DNA from: an uncultured Nitrospiraceae bacterium
GTDB taxonomy: Bacteria > Nitrospirota > Nitrospiria > Nitrospirales > Nitrospiraceae
Assembly (NCBI GenBank): GCA_963730935.1
Contig: CAVSTP010000002.1
Span: forward strand, 128,001 to 192,000
Direction: 5' to 3'
DNA: 64,000 bases
Part shown: positions 1-10,252 of the stretch, piece by piece
Numbering within the stretch: the stretch's first letter is position 1
Layout: every line of letters starts with the position of its first letter
Notes under the pieces: model-generated
The model's database searches: none
What the model was told of the DNA's origin: nothing
The model's input: the letters and a program-made list of their open reading frames with translations, nothing else
Made by a program: the position numbers and the translations under genes

Positions 1-458
1 GTCCCTAGATTGCCGCCGACGAATGCGCGTTTACCCTGCTCCGCCAGCATTTTTCCAATCAAGGTCACGGTGGTGCTTTTGCCGTTTGTGCCCGTCACCG
101 CGAGAATGGGAGCGGAAAGAAACCGAGATGCCAGTTCGAGTTCACTAATCACCTTGATTCCGCGTTGACGTACACGCTCGAGCGCCGCCATGCGATAGGG
201 AACACCCGGACTGATGACCACGAGGTCGGCGTGATCCAGTGAGCGTTCGTACTCTGCGCCAACGGAGACCTGAACCTGAGTGCGGTCGACACTCTTCAGA
301 ACCGCCGTCAGTTCGTCCTCGCCTTTGCGGTCGGCCGCCGTCACACGAGCACCGGCCTCGTTCAACAACTGACACGCCGCTATTCCGCTTCGTGCCAACC
401 CGAGCACCGTGACCTGGGCTCCAGACAAATCCACCTCTTCGACCTCCACCATCTCCAT
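1..458 (-). CDS. murD: UDP-N-acetylmuramoyl-L-alanine--D-glutamate ligase (5' part, runs off the window)
   Basis: Manual translation [28 protein letters not shown]...VISPGVP...[15 protein letters not shown]; start overlaps the mraY stop (TGATG); dcw gene order. Confidence 0.95.
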   Translation of the reverse strand, partial: MEMVEVEEVDLSGAQVTVLGLARSGIAACQLLNEAGARVTAADRKGEDELTAVLKSVDRTQVQVSVGAEYERSLDHADLVVISPGVPYRMAALERVRQRGIKVISELELASRFLSAPILAVTGTNGKSTTVTLIGKMLAEQGKRAFVGGNLG

Positions 459-1534
459 CACCGCAACTTCAACGTGCTGAGACTCAAGAGGGCCAACAGA
501 ATCGCGATAATCCAAAGACGCACGACGACCTTTGGCTCTTCCCAGCCCTTCATCTCAAAATGATGATGGATGGGTGCCATCAGAAAAATACGTTTCCCGC
601 GCGACTTGAATGAGGCTACCTGAAAGATGACTGAAACCGCTTCGATCACGAACACTCCGCCGACCATCAGAAGCAGCAGTTCGTGCTTACTGATGACAGC
701 CACCGTGCCGAGCGCTGCGCCTAGCGGCAGTGAACCGACGTCGCCCATGAACACCGACGCAGGATAGGTGTTGAACCATAGAAACCCCAGACTCGAGCCC
801 AAGATGGCGGCCGTGAACACAGCAATCTCTCCGGCACCTTCGATGTGAGGGATGAGCAGGTAATCCGACATGATCCGGTGGCCAGCAACATAGGCCACAA
901 TGGTGTAGGCAAGCGCGGCAATCATGATGGGTCCGATCGCCAGCCCATCGAGGCCATCCGTCAAATTGACCGCATTGGAACTGCCGACGATGACCAGAAC
1001 CACGAAGACCACATAAAACCATCCGAGGTCCGGCGTGAAATTCTTGAAAAACGGCACGTTCAGCTTGGTCGAATAGCTGGGAAGGAAATAGAGCGCGAGG
1101 GCGATCAACAGAGCGACGCCGATTTGCGCGGCGAACTTTTGCGTAGGAGACAATCCCTTCGACCGGGCCTTAATAAACTTCAGGTAGTCGTCAGCAAATC
1201 CGATTGCACCAAACCCGAGGGTGGCGATCAGGACCAGCCAGACGTACGGTTTTGTGATATCTGCCCACAACAGCGTCGAAAGCAAGACGGCAAAAATAAT
1301 GAGCAGTCCTCCCATCGTGGGCGTACCGCTCTTTGCGAGGTGATGCTTGGGGCCGTCGTCACGGATTTGCTGGCCAAGCTTGATCTCCTGCAACTTCCGG
1401 ATGAGCCATGGGGTCAGCACAAACGCGATGAGGAAGGCCGTAACGGCCGCATAGATAATGCGAAAACTCAAATACCGGAAGACGTTGAGAAATCCGTATT
1501 CGGTATGGAGCGGATACAACCAGTTGTACAGCAT
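458..1534 (-). CDS. mraY: Phospho-N-acetylmuramoyl-pentapeptide transferase
   Basis: [29 protein letters not shown] and MAPIHHHFE motifs; multi-TM. Confidence 0.98.
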   Translation of the reverse strand: MLYNWLYPLHTEYGFLNVFRYLSFRIIYAAVTAFLIAFVLTPWLIRKLQEIKLGQQIRDDGPKHHLAKSGTPTMGGLLIIFAVLLSTLLWADITKPYVWLVLIATLGFGAIGFADDYLKFIKARSKGLSPTQKFAAQIGVALLIALALYFLPSYSTKLNVPFFKNFTPDLGWFYVVFVVLVIVGSSNAVNLTDGLDGLAIGPIMIAALAYTIVAYVAGHRIMSDYLLIPHIEGAGEIAVFTAAILGSSLGFLWFNTYPASVFMGDVGSLPLGAALGTVAVISKHELLLLMVGGVFVIEAVSVIFQVASFKSRGKRIFLMAPIHHHFEMKGWEEPKVVVRLWIIAILLALLSLSTLKLR

Positions 1535-1565
1535 GCTCGACCTACGCCCTACATCCGCGCCGACG

Positions 1566-3014
1566 TTATGACGCCTGCTTCGTGACGGCTTTCATGCCGG
1601 TCAAACCTTGCACAATCTGTTCCATGCGCATGCCACGCGAGGCCTTCACGAGAACCACATCTCCACGGTGAACAGACTTCTTGAGAAGCTCAGCTGCCGA
1701 AGTTGCGTCCGCTACCTCCACGATGACCGACTGCGACATTCCCTCCTGCCTCGCACCAACAGCAATCTCCTTTCCTAACTGCCCACACACGATCAACCGA
1801 GAGAGTTGGAGCCCCGCAGCAAACCGTCCAACATCGCGATGCATTTGTTGGGCCTCACGCCCGAGCTCCAACATGTCTCCCAACACCGCGACCCGTTCAC
1901 GAGCCGGAGTCCACTCGCCGAGGAGTTGCAGGGCGGCCTTCATAGAAGCCGGGTTGGCGTTGTAACAGTCGTTGATGATCTGCACGCCATGATGAGTCAC
2001 CACTTGTGATCGCATGACGGCGGGGCGGAACTTGGCGAGGCCCTGCGCGATCATCACACCCGGCAGATTCAAGGAGAACCCCACGGCTGCTGCGGCCAGC
2101 GCATTGATTACATTGTGCGTGCCGGGCACTTTGATGACGACGGACGTGGGGCGGCTCTTCCCGGGAAGCAGCAGCCCGAACCTGGTGCCTTTTCGGGCAT
2201 CGGAGGCGACGTGAATTGCGCGGACGTGCGCCCGTTCGAACAAACCAAACGAGACGACACGGCAGCGGGCCCGCGCAGCCAGATAGTCGAAATAGGGGTC
2301 GTCCGCATTCAAGACTGCCGTGCCGTCCGGCGGCAGCATGTCGAGCAGTTCCGCCTTCGCCTGCGCGGATCCTTCCATGCCGCCGAAGAATTCCAAATGA
2401 TCCGGCCCGATGTTGGTGATGAGACCGATGGTGGGACGGACGATTTCGCAAAGGCGCGTCGTCTGCCCACGATGGTCCACGCCCATTTCAATCACAGCCG
2501 CTTGATGTCTGGCTGTGAGCCGAAACAGCGTGTGGGGCACCCCGATACGGTTGTTGTAGTTGCCTTCGGTCTTCAATGTCCGCCAACGTTGGGCCAGAAC
2601 GCTGCCGACCATATCCTTTGTCGTCGTCTTGCCGTTGCTCCCCGTGACGGCGACAACTGGAATTGCGAACCGACTTCGATGATGTGTCGCAAGCTGCTGA
2701 TAAGCGAAGAGCGGATCCTGCACGCCGAACAGAAACGGTTCCTGGCGGTTCCCTATGGGTTTTGCGCCTTTCCCTTCCCACCGATAGCCGTCGTCCACGA
2801 TGGCACCGGCCGCCCCCTTGGACAGCACCACCGGAACGAACTGATGCCCATCGAACCGCTCGCCCCGCAGCGCCACGAACAGATCGCCACGACGGACAGA
2901 CCGAGAATCCGTGCTGATGCCGCGAATCCGCCGCTTGGCGGTAGGCGAGGAGTCGCCCGCCAGCACCTTGACGCTGATGACTTCGCGCAGCTCAGCTATC
3001 GTAAAGAGCGCCAT
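1566..3014 (-). CDS. murF: UDP-MurNAc-tripeptide--D-Ala-D-Ala ligase
   Basis: VTGSNGKTTTK, NYNNRIGVP, DCYNANPASM, VLGDMLELG, VKASRG; ATG 3014 preferred over the longer track start. Confidence 0.96.
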   Translation of the reverse strand: MALFTIAELREVISVKVLAGDSSPTAKRRIRGISTDSRSVRRGDLFVALRGERFDGHQFVPVVLSKGAAGAIVDDGYRWEGKGAKPIGNRQEPFLFGVQDPLFAYQQLATHHRSRFAIPVVAVTGSNGKTTTKDMVGSVLAQRWRTLKTEGNYNNRIGVPHTLFRLTARHQAAVIEMGVDHRGQTTRLCEIVRPTIGLITNIGPDHLEFFGGMEGSAQAKAELLDMLPPDGTAVLNADDPYFDYLAARARCRVVSFGLFERAHVRAIHVASDARKGTRFGLLLPGKSRPTSVVIKVPGTHNVINALAAAAVGFSLNLPGVMIAQGLAKFRPAVMRSQVVTHHGVQIINDCYNANPASMKAALQLLGEWTPARERVAVLGDMLELGREAQQMHRDVGRFAAGLQLSRLIVCGQLGKEIAVGARQEGMSQSVIVEVADATSAAELLKKSVHRGDVVLVKASRGMRMEQIVQGLTGMKAVTKQAS

Positions 3015-3055
3015 CTCTTCGTCGCCTCGCTCGGATTTCCCATCCGGGTGCACAG

Positions 3056-4576
3056 TCACGCGCAATTCCTCATCTGCTGAATCGCCTCTCGCGCGACTTC
3101 TCGATCGTCGAAATGCACTTTCTTCGTCCCAAGGATCTGGTAGTCCTCATGCCCTTTCCCTGCGATAAGGACGATGTCCCCAGCCCGGGCCAGACGCACC
3201 GCCGCCATAATGGCTTCCCTGCGGTCCGCGATGAGATGGTATTCGACGTGAGACCGGGCTTGGAGCGCCTCGCGTACGCCGGTTTCGACTTCACGGAGAA
3301 TGGCCAGCGGATCTTCCGTTCGCGGGTTGTCGGATGTCAGGACTACCACATCACTGTGCTCGACGGCGGCCCGGCCCATCTTCGGGCGCTTGCCTCGGTC
3401 GCGATCGCCGCCGCAGCCGAAAACCGTGATAATCCGGTGTGTCTTCAACGCTTGGGCAGCGGTCAGCAAGCGTACGAGGGCGTCTTCGGTATGGGCATAA
3501 TCCACAACGACCGTAAAATCTTGCCCGGCCGATACCCGCTCAAAGCGACCCGGCACGTTGGTTAAGGCTGCCACCGCTTTTCGCACCTGATCGCAGGTCG
3601 CTCCGGCGTGCAGCGCCACACCGATTGCCCCAAGCAGGTTATAGACGTTGTGTTCGCCGACGAGTCGGCTCTCGACGGTAAAGTTACCGACCGGCGTCAC
3701 AGCAGTGAAGGTGGTGCCGTTCATCGAAAGTCGCACGTGTTCCGCCTGCAGATCGGCCCGGCCTTTTACCGCGAAACCCCACACCGGCACGCGACAGGCC
3801 GCACGCACTTGTGCACCTCGAGGATCATCCATATTGATGATGGCGCGTTGACCGGTTTTCTTTCCCTGTCCCAGCGTCGTAAACAACCGTAACTTCGCAT
3901 TGAAGTACTCTTCCATCGTCTGATGGAAGTCGAGGTGATCCTGCGTCAGATTGGTGAAGACCGCGACGTCATACTCACATCCGGCCGTCCGGTCCATGGC
4001 CAACGCATGAGAGGACACTTCCATGACGACACTGTCCATGTGTGAGTGACACATCTTTGCCAGCAGACCTTGCAATTCGAGCGCACCGGGGGTTGTGTGA
4101 GAAGCCGGAATGGTCTCGGCGCCAATCTGATAGGCCACTGTTCCGATGAGCCCGACCTGACGGCCGATGCCTTCCAGCAGCGCCTTACAGAGATAGGTGG
4201 TCGTCGTCTTCCCATTGGTTCCAGTCACGCCAATCATCGTCAATCGCACCGATGGATCGCCGTAGAATCGTCCGCCAATGAGTCCAAGCGCTTTGCGTGA
4301 ATCCACCACCTTCACAAAGGGGAGCGATTCATGCTCAAGGGATTCCTGCCCAACGATCGCGGCCGCTCCCGCTTCAATCGCTTGACCCACGTATCGGTGA
4401 CCGTCAACGCGTTCACCCTTGACGGCGATGAAGAGACTACCTGATGCGACCGCTCGCGAATCATCGGTCACTGAAGTCACCAGCCGGTCCAACGCTCCAT
4501 GCCGTTCGACAATCGCGACCTGGCCGTTGAGTGCTGCCAGCAACTGCGTGACCGTCATCGATCGAGTATCCATCAT
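3056..4576 (-). CDS. murE: UDP-MurNAc-dipeptide--meso-diaminopimelate ligase
   Basis: GVTGTNGKTTT, MEVSSHA, VDYAHT, DNPR (DAP-specific motif), AGKGHEDYQ. Confidence 0.97.
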   Translation of the reverse strand: MMDTRSMTVTQLLAALNGQVAIVERHGALDRLVTSVTDDSRAVASGSLFIAVKGERVDGHRYVGQAIEAGAAAIVGQESLEHESLPFVKVVDSRKALGLIGGRFYGDPSVRLTMIGVTGTNGKTTTTYLCKALLEGIGRQVGLIGTVAYQIGAETIPASHTTPGALELQGLLAKMCHSHMDSVVMEVSSHALAMDRTAGCEYDVAVFTNLTQDHLDFHQTMEEYFNAKLRLFTTLGQGKKTGQRAIINMDDPRGAQVRAACRVPVWGFAVKGRADLQAEHVRLSMNGTTFTAVTPVGNFTVESRLVGEHNVYNLLGAIGVALHAGATCDQVRKAVAALTNVPGRFERVSAGQDFTVVVDYAHTEDALVRLLTAAQALKTHRIITVFGCGGDRDRGKRPKMGRAAVEHSDVVVLTSDNPRTEDPLAILREVETGVREALQARSHVEYHLIADRREAIMAAVRLARAGDIVLIAGKGHEDYQILGTKKVHFDDREVAREAIQQMRNCA

Positions 4577-4584
4577 GGATCCGA

Positions 4585-6291
4585 CTATCGCGCCGCCATG
4601 GCGATCTTCACTTGATCATCCCGAGGCACGCCCAAATACGTCAGCACCTGCTCACCGACTCGCCGGAAGACAGGCGCCGCCACGACGCCACCCCAGGACT
4701 CGCCCTGAGGTTCATCGACGACCACGATGATCGCGAGACGTGGAGCATCTGCCGGCACGAAACCGACGAACGAACCTATGGACAATGCCGAGGAGTAGGT
4801 CCCGGTACGCGGATCGACTTTTTGGGCCGTCCCGGTCTTCCCCGCAACGCGAAACCCGGGGATGGCCGCTTTCGTTCCTGTTCCGCTGGTGACCACGCCT
4901 TCCATGATGGTGGTGAGCGTGCGTGCCGTCGCTGGGGACACCACACGACGCTTGACCTGCGGAAGAATCTCCTTCACGCGCTGGCCCTTCTGATCTCTCA
5001 CCTCGGCGACGACATAGGGCTTCATGAGAACACCGTCATTGGCAATGGCTGAAACCGCCGTGATCATCTGCAACGGCGTAACTCCCACTTCCTGACCCAT
5101 CGAAATCGACGCCAGAGAGCGCCGGCCCCACTCACGCGGAGATTTGAGCAATCCTGAGACTTCTCCCGGAAGGTCGATGTCGGTCCGTTGGCCGAACCCA
5201 AAAGCCTGAAGATACCGGTAGAGCCGTTGATCTCCGACCAACATGCCGGTTTTGGCTGCACCGATATTGCTCGACTTTTGAATCATCTGAGCAAACGTCA
5301 TCCATCCGAGCTTTTCATGGTCATGAATGGTCGTGTTCGCAATCGTCATCCGGCCGTTTTCTCCGAACAGCATGGAGCCCGGCATCATCACCCGTTCCTC
5401 CAGCGCGGCAGCCGCCACCACCACCTTCATGGTTGAGCCAGGCTCGTACGTGTCGGTCAGGGCCCTATTTCGCCAGCGGTCTGCCGTCAATGAGGCAACG
5501 GTATTCGGGTCGAACCGCGGGCTTACCGCCATGGCAAGAATGGCACCGGTCCTGGGTTCCATTACGATGATGGTCCCAGATTTTGCGCGAGCATGATCAA
5601 CGGCTTCCTCAAGTTCCTTTTCGGCGATGTACTGGATCACCTCGTCGATGGTCAGAGTGAGCGCCTCCCCTGTAGTAGGAACTTGTTCACGGAGGCCTTT
5701 AGGGAATACCGTTCGACCGAGCGCGTCGCGCTGAAGAATTGTCAGTCGTTTTTCTCCGTGCAGCTGGGATTCATACCGACGCTCTAATCCCTCAAGTCCC
5801 ACCCCGTCCATGCCGACAAATCCAAGGACATGGGCAAGCAGGGGGCCTTTCGGATAGAATCTTCGGCCCTCCATCACCATACCGATGCCGTCAATCGACA
5901 ATTGCTCGAGCCGACGCCCCTGCTCCGGCTCGACCTTCCGCGCCAGCCACACGAAATGCTTGTCCTGACGCAGCTTCTTTTCAATTTCTTCGCGGCGGAT
6001 ATGCAGCACGGGCGAAAGGGATCTTGCGGCATTCGCAGGACTATCGAGGGAAGTTGGGACGCCGAAGATCGAGGGGACTTCGACGTTCATCGCCAGCACC
6101 TTCCCGTGACGGTCGGTGACCGCTCCTCTGGCGCCTTCCAGCGTCACAGTCTTTTGATGCTGCCGATCCGCTCGAGCCGTGAGCTCAGCCGCTTGCAATA
6201 CCTGGAGGTTGACCAGCCGAAACAAGATGACGCCAAAACCGGCGAGGAGAAGATGCAGCAAAATGTATCGCCGGCCCCGCGAAGGACCCAT
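4585..6291 (-). CDS. ftsI: Septal peptidoglycan transpeptidase PBP3
   Basis: N-terminal TM; STMK (SxxK), SSN (SxN) and KTG motifs; dcw position. Confidence 0.95.
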   Translation of the reverse strand: MGPSRGRRYILLHLLLAGFGVILFRLVNLQVLQAAELTARADRQHQKTVTLEGARGAVTDRHGKVLAMNVEVPSIFGVPTSLDSPANAARSLSPVLHIRREEIEKKLRQDKHFVWLARKVEPEQGRRLEQLSIDGIGMVMEGRRFYPKGPLLAHVLGFVGMDGVGLEGLERRYESQLHGEKRLTILQRDALGRTVFPKGLREQVPTTGEALTLTIDEVIQYIAEKELEEAVDHARAKSGTIIVMEPRTGAILAMAVSPRFDPNTVASLTADRWRNRALTDTYEPGSTMKVVVAAAALEERVMMPGSMLFGENGRMTIANTTIHDHEKLGWMTFAQMIQKSSNIGAAKTGMLVGDQRLYRYLQAFGFGQRTDIDLPGEVSGLLKSPREWGRRSLASISMGQEVGVTPLQMITAVSAIANDGVLMKPYVVAEVRDQKGQRVKEILPQVKRRVVSPATARTLTTIMEGVVTSGTGTKAAIPGFRVAGKTGTAQKVDPRTGTYSSALSIGSFVGFVPADAPRLAIIVVVDEPQGESWGGVVAAPVFRRVGEQVLTYLGVPRDDQVKIAMAAR

Positions 6292-6293
6292 GA

Positions 6294-6629
6294 CTATTTC
6301 GCACCTCCTGCAGGCGGCATCGTGCGAGCAATTCGCAATTGCTCCACGGGCGGCGTCGCCAGGAGCGGTCTGTCGGGCTGTGGATGGACGATGAAGACTT
6401 GGCCTTGCTGCGGCGGAATCAGCCCCAATTTGTCTGTCGCCACCCTGGCAATTCGTTCAGGAGCCGTCAGCGCGGAAACCTTGACTTGCAGCTGATCACG
6501 TTCCCGTTCGAGGAGCGTCTTTTGTGTTTTCAAGCGCTCGATGGAGTACCCCAGCCGCACCATATCGACCCTCTCCCAGACGAAGACAAACACAAGGCAC
6601 ATGCCCGCCACGATGGCGACCGCTTTCAT
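6294..6629 (-). CDS. ftsL: Cell division protein FtsL
   Basis: TM followed by a heptad coiled coil and PERIARVATDKLGL; lies between rsmH and ftsI. Confidence 0.85.
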   Translation of the reverse strand: MKAVAIVAGMCLVFVFVWERVDMVRLGYSIERLKTQKTLLERERDQLQVKVSALTAPERIARVATDKLGLIPPQQGQVFIVHPQPDRPLLATPPVEQLRIARTMPPAGGAK

Positions 6630-7585
6630 GCGCGTCCCTCCTTGAAGATCCGTTGCATGACTCTCAGCTTGGCGCTTCGAGATCTCGGGTTGCGATCTCT
6701 TTCCTCTTCGGACGGCACCTGCGGTCGCTTCGTTAGAATTTCCAGCTCACCGCCGCTTTCACTCGAAAGCCCTTTGAAAGTCTGCTTCACGATGCGATCC
6801 TCGAGGGAATGGAAGGAGATCACACACAACCGCCCTCCCGGCGCCAATGCATCGGCCGCATCGCGGAGCGACGTCTCCAAGTGATCCAATTCTTGATTGA
6901 CGGCGATCCGGAGCGCCTGAAATGTTCTCGTCGCGGCATGAATGCGGCCCCGTCGATAATGACCGGGGACCGCAGACTCAATCACGGATACCAACTGACG
7001 CGTGGTGGTCAAGGTCTGGCGGTGGCGGGCGCTCACGATGGCCCGGGCAATGCGACGGGAATACCGTTCTTCCCCCAAGCGGTAAATCATGTCGGCTAGG
7101 TCGGTCTCGTCGAGCTCATTTACGATATCAGCCGCCGTCCGACCACTGCTCTGGTCCATTCGCATGTCGAGCGGTCCCTCCGACCGAAAACTGAAGCCGC
7201 GGGATGGTTCGTCGAACTGAGGCGACGACACGCCAAGGTCGAACAACATGCCGTGCACATGGGGAATGCCTCGTTCCGCCAAAATCTGCTTCAATTCCAT
7301 GAAATGCGCCTTGACCAGAATCGCTCGGTCTCCGAAGCTCTGTAGTTCCTTTCGGCCGGCATTGAGAGCTTGGACATCTCGATCGATACCAAGAACAATC
7401 CCGTGGGGTTGGCTGGCTCGAAGAACATCCTTGGCATGCCCACAATATCCCACTGTGCAATCCACGTAGATGCCACCGGAGTGCGGCTGCAGCCAGGACA
7501 GCACCTCCGAAGGCATAACGGGCAAGTGGGCAGGACTATTACTGTTCTTATTGAACCCAGTTTCACCCACAATCTCCCACGCCAC
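6626..7585 (-). CDS. rsmH: 16S rRNA m4C1402 methyltransferase
   Basis: HLPVM, DCTVGYCGH, DLGVSSPQ, PLDMRMD, SFHSLEDRIVK, NPRSRSAKLR; start uncertain (GTG 7585 or 7570). Confidence 0.96.
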   Translation of the reverse strand: MAWEIVGETGFNKNSNSPAHLPVMPSEVLSWLQPHSGGIYVDCTVGYCGHAKDVLRASQPHGIVLGIDRDVQALNAGRKELQSFGDRAILVKAHFMELKQILAERGIPHVHGMLFDLGVSSPQFDEPSRGFSFRSEGPLDMRMDQSSGRTAADIVNELDETDLADMIYRLGEERYSRRIARAIVSARHRQTLTTTRQLVSVIESAVPGHYRRGRIHAATRTFQALRIAVNQELDHLETSLRDAADALAPGGRLCVISFHSLEDRIVKQTFKGLSSESGGELEILTKRPQVPSEEERDRNPRSRSAKLRVMQRIFKEGRA

Positions 7586-7618
7586 GGCGGAGTATACTCC
7601 TCAGCAAGACATTGTCAA
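7556..7618 (-). promoter_or_regulatory. dcw sigma70 promoter followed by three MraZ-type TGGG boxes
   Basis: Minus strand: TTGACA-16-TATACT (7618-7591), then TGGGagattgTGGGtgaaacTGGG with an exact 10-bp period (7579-7556). Confidence 0.7.
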
Positions 7619-7785
7619 TAAAAAATTCGAGGACTTACAAGTTTTTTTGAGCAGTAGAAAATGCCGCATTTGTGGCGGCAGAAATGAGGCTGGCAATGAG
7701 GGATTCGAGCAGCGCGGTAAGCGCCTCCCCACCCTAACCAGATTTTTGATGGACCCGATGGATAGCGGAATGGAGGCTTCGGAGG

Positions 7786-9081
7786 TCAGGGATATAGCTT
7801 ATACAGCATGCGAGGGAATGGAATCGTCTCCCGGACGTGCTCGAGTCCGCAAATCCAGGCTACGGCACGTTCAATACCCATCCCGAAGCCGGCATGTGGA
7901 ACCGATCCAAACTGGCGAAGATCCAGATACCACTTAAAGGCATCTTCTGGAAGGTGGTGTTCCTTTAAACGCCTGCGTAACAACTCCGCATCGTGAATGC
8001 GCTGCCCTCCGCCGATGATCTCTCCGTACCCTTCAGGTGCTAATACGTCCATGCACAGTGCGAGATCCGGACGCGCCTCGTCCGGCTGCATGTAAAACGC
8101 CTTGAGCGCAGTCGGATAACGATGGATGATGACTGGCCGATCGAATTGTTGCGAGATAATGGTTTCTTCATCGCCTCCGAAGTCATCTCCAAGCTGCGTG
8201 GGATTATTTTTTTGCTGCAATAGTCGGATCGCCTCTTCATAGGTCAGCCGGGGAAACGGCGGCTTCACAACTTCCAGCTTTGCAATATCGCGCTCGAGCA
8301 CAGCCAGTTCTTGTTTTCTCGTTTCGAGGACTCGCTGTACGATGGAGGTCAAAAATTGCTCCGCGAGCTCCATCATGTCCGCCAGCTGTGCGAACGCGAC
8401 TTCGGGCTCGACCATCCAGAATTCCATTAGATGCCGGCGCGTCTTCGATTTTTCAGCACGAAATGTCGGACCGAAACAATACACTTTGCCGAATGCGGCG
8501 GCGGTGGCCTCGCTATAGAGCTGGCCGCTTTGGGTCAAATAGGCCGTTTCGTCAAAGTACTGCGTCTGAAAGAGCGTCGTGGTGCCTTCACATGCGTTCG
8601 GCGTAAAGATCGGCGCATCGACGAGAATGAATCCCCGCTCGTCAAAGAAGTTCCGTGAGGCCCGGATAATCTCGTGCCGAATGCGCAGGATGGCGTGCTG
8701 CCGGTGCGAGCGTAGCCACAGATGCCGGTGCTCCATCAAGAAGCCGATACCATGTTCTTTGGGCTGGATCGGGAACGGCTGCGCAACCTGCAACGCTTCG
8801 ATGCGTGTGACGTCCAGTTCATAGCCCCCCGGCGCACGATGGTCTTGTCGAAGCTGTCCGGTAACGACCAACGATGATTCCTGAGTCAGACCGGCTGAGA
8901 CCGCAAACTGGTCGTCTCCGACGGCTTTCTTGCTCACGATCGCCTGCAGATCGCCGGTGCCATCTCGAATGGTCAAAAAATGAAGTTTCCCGCTATCGCG
9001 GCGGCTCCGCAGCCATCCACGAATGGTCACTTCCTGTCCCACATGCTGTCCAACCGCATCAATCATAATGATGACCGGCAT
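7786..9081 (-). CDS. asnS: Asparagine--tRNA ligase
   Basis: OB-fold N-terminus, [43 protein letters not shown] upstream of ATG 9081. Confidence 0.93.
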   Translation of the reverse strand: MPVIIMIDAVGQHVGQEVTIRGWLRSRRDSGKLHFLTIRDGTGDLQAIVSKKAVGDDQFAVSAGLTQESSLVVTGQLRQDHRAPGGYELDVTRIEALQVAQPFPIQPKEHGIGFLMEHRHLWLRSHRQHAILRIRHEIIRASRNFFDERGFILVDAPIFTPNACEGTTTLFQTQYFDETAYLTQSGQLYSEATAAAFGKVYCFGPTFRAEKSKTRRHLMEFWMVEPEVAFAQLADMMELAEQFLTSIVQRVLETRKQELAVLERDIAKLEVVKPPFPRLTYEEAIRLLQQKNNPTQLGDDFGGDEETIISQQFDRPVIIHRYPTALKAFYMQPDEARPDLALCMDVLAPEGYGEIIGGGQRIHDAELLRRRLKEHHLPEDAFKWYLDLRQFGSVPHAGFGMGIERAVAWICGLEHVRETIPFPRMLYKLYP

Positions 9082-9205
9082 CCGGACGTCCTCCTGCAAC
9101 AGTCAGATCGTCAAAATGGCAGCCTAGCGGATTGCCCCTCTGCATTCAAGAACACGAAGTTCCAGGTTTGTTGACAAGGGGCCTCAGTGAGATAAGAATC
9201 AAGCT

Positions 9206-10213
9206 ATGCAAATGTCCCCGTTCCTGCATAGGAAAGTGCTGGTCGCCCTGTTGGCTGCGGCCATCGCTGTGGTCGTGTTGCCGGAGTTCACTGCCTCCGC
9301 GGCATCGACCATCTATTATTGTCCCGATAGAAAGGGAGATCAGCAGTATTCGGCGCAATCAGGGCCCGGCTGCACACCGCTCGTGGACAAGAAAACAGAG
9401 CGGGTGGAAGGCATGCCCCAGCGACATTTTCAACCAGACAACCTTCAGCAGGATGTTTCAGCGTTTCTCACCCGCTATAAGAAATTTCTCGAGTGCTGCA
9501 AGACAGACTTGAATGAAGTTCGCGAACTCGAGGAGATGGCCGACGAACTCGACCAGTTGCTGGCCTCGGCCCAAGCCAACCTGTCGAACTATTCGCTCGC
9601 CTCGAGGGGGATCATGCTTCGAGAGCTTATTCCCAGAGTCGCCAGAGCCAGAAGTGATCTCAAAGTCCTGCATGCCCGGCTCGAAAAGATCAACGAGCTC
9701 TCCAGCCGGCGCGATCAACTTGACTTCGAAGATGCAGGACGGGACGCTCAAACAATTCGTGACTTGCAGGAGTCGATCGAGCGAGATATTCGCGCTCCCA
9801 AATTGCCGGGAAGCGCGAAAACGGGAACCGGCATCGGCGCGGCTCCCGCTGCCGGGCCGGCAATTGGTCGAAGCCCCAAGACGGGAACGGAGATCGGACA
9901 AGAAGGCGTCACAGGTCACAACATCGGCGCGACGCCGCGAAACAGCCGGGACATCGGGGGCAGCGGACTCTCAGGATTCGAGATCGGGGCGACGGACCGA
10001 GCTGGCCCTGCCATCGGAGAGTCGACACTCAACGAGGAGACTTCTTCCAGCGTAAGCTCAACGCTTCAGCGATCGACGGTCGGATCCAGCATTTCCGATT
10101 CGAGCGTTGGCTCCAGCATGAATTCCTCGACTGTCGGCTCGAGCATGCAGGATACATCAGTGGGATCGTCGTTGGGCGGGTCGTCGGTCGGCTCGAGCAT
10201 GCCAAGCCGTTAA
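9206..10213 (+). CDS. Secreted protein: DUF4124-like N-terminus, coiled coil, Gly/Ser repeat tail
   Basis: Signal peptide; TIYYCPDRKGDQQYS...PGC; helical middle; 10-aa and 9-aa tandem repeats at the C-terminus. Confidence 0.75.
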   Translation: MQMSPFLHRKVLVALLAAAIAVVVLPEFTASAASTIYYCPDRKGDQQYSAQSGPGCTPLVDKKTERVEGMPQRHFQPDNLQQDVSAFLTRYKKFLECCKTDLNEVRELEEMADELDQLLASAQANLSNYSLASRGIMLRELIPRVARARSDLKVLHARLEKINELSSRRDQLDFEDAGRDAQTIRDLQESIERDIRAPKLPGSAKTGTGIGAAPAAGPAIGRSPKTGTEIGQEGVTGHNIGATPRNSRDIGGSGLSGFEIGATDRAGPAIGESTLNEETSSSVSSTLQRSTVGSSISDSSVGSSMNSSTVGSSMQDTSVGSSLGGSSVGSSMPSR

Positions 10214-10252
10214 CAGTCTTCCTTCCGAACGAAGTAACTTCCTCCCTTGGGA

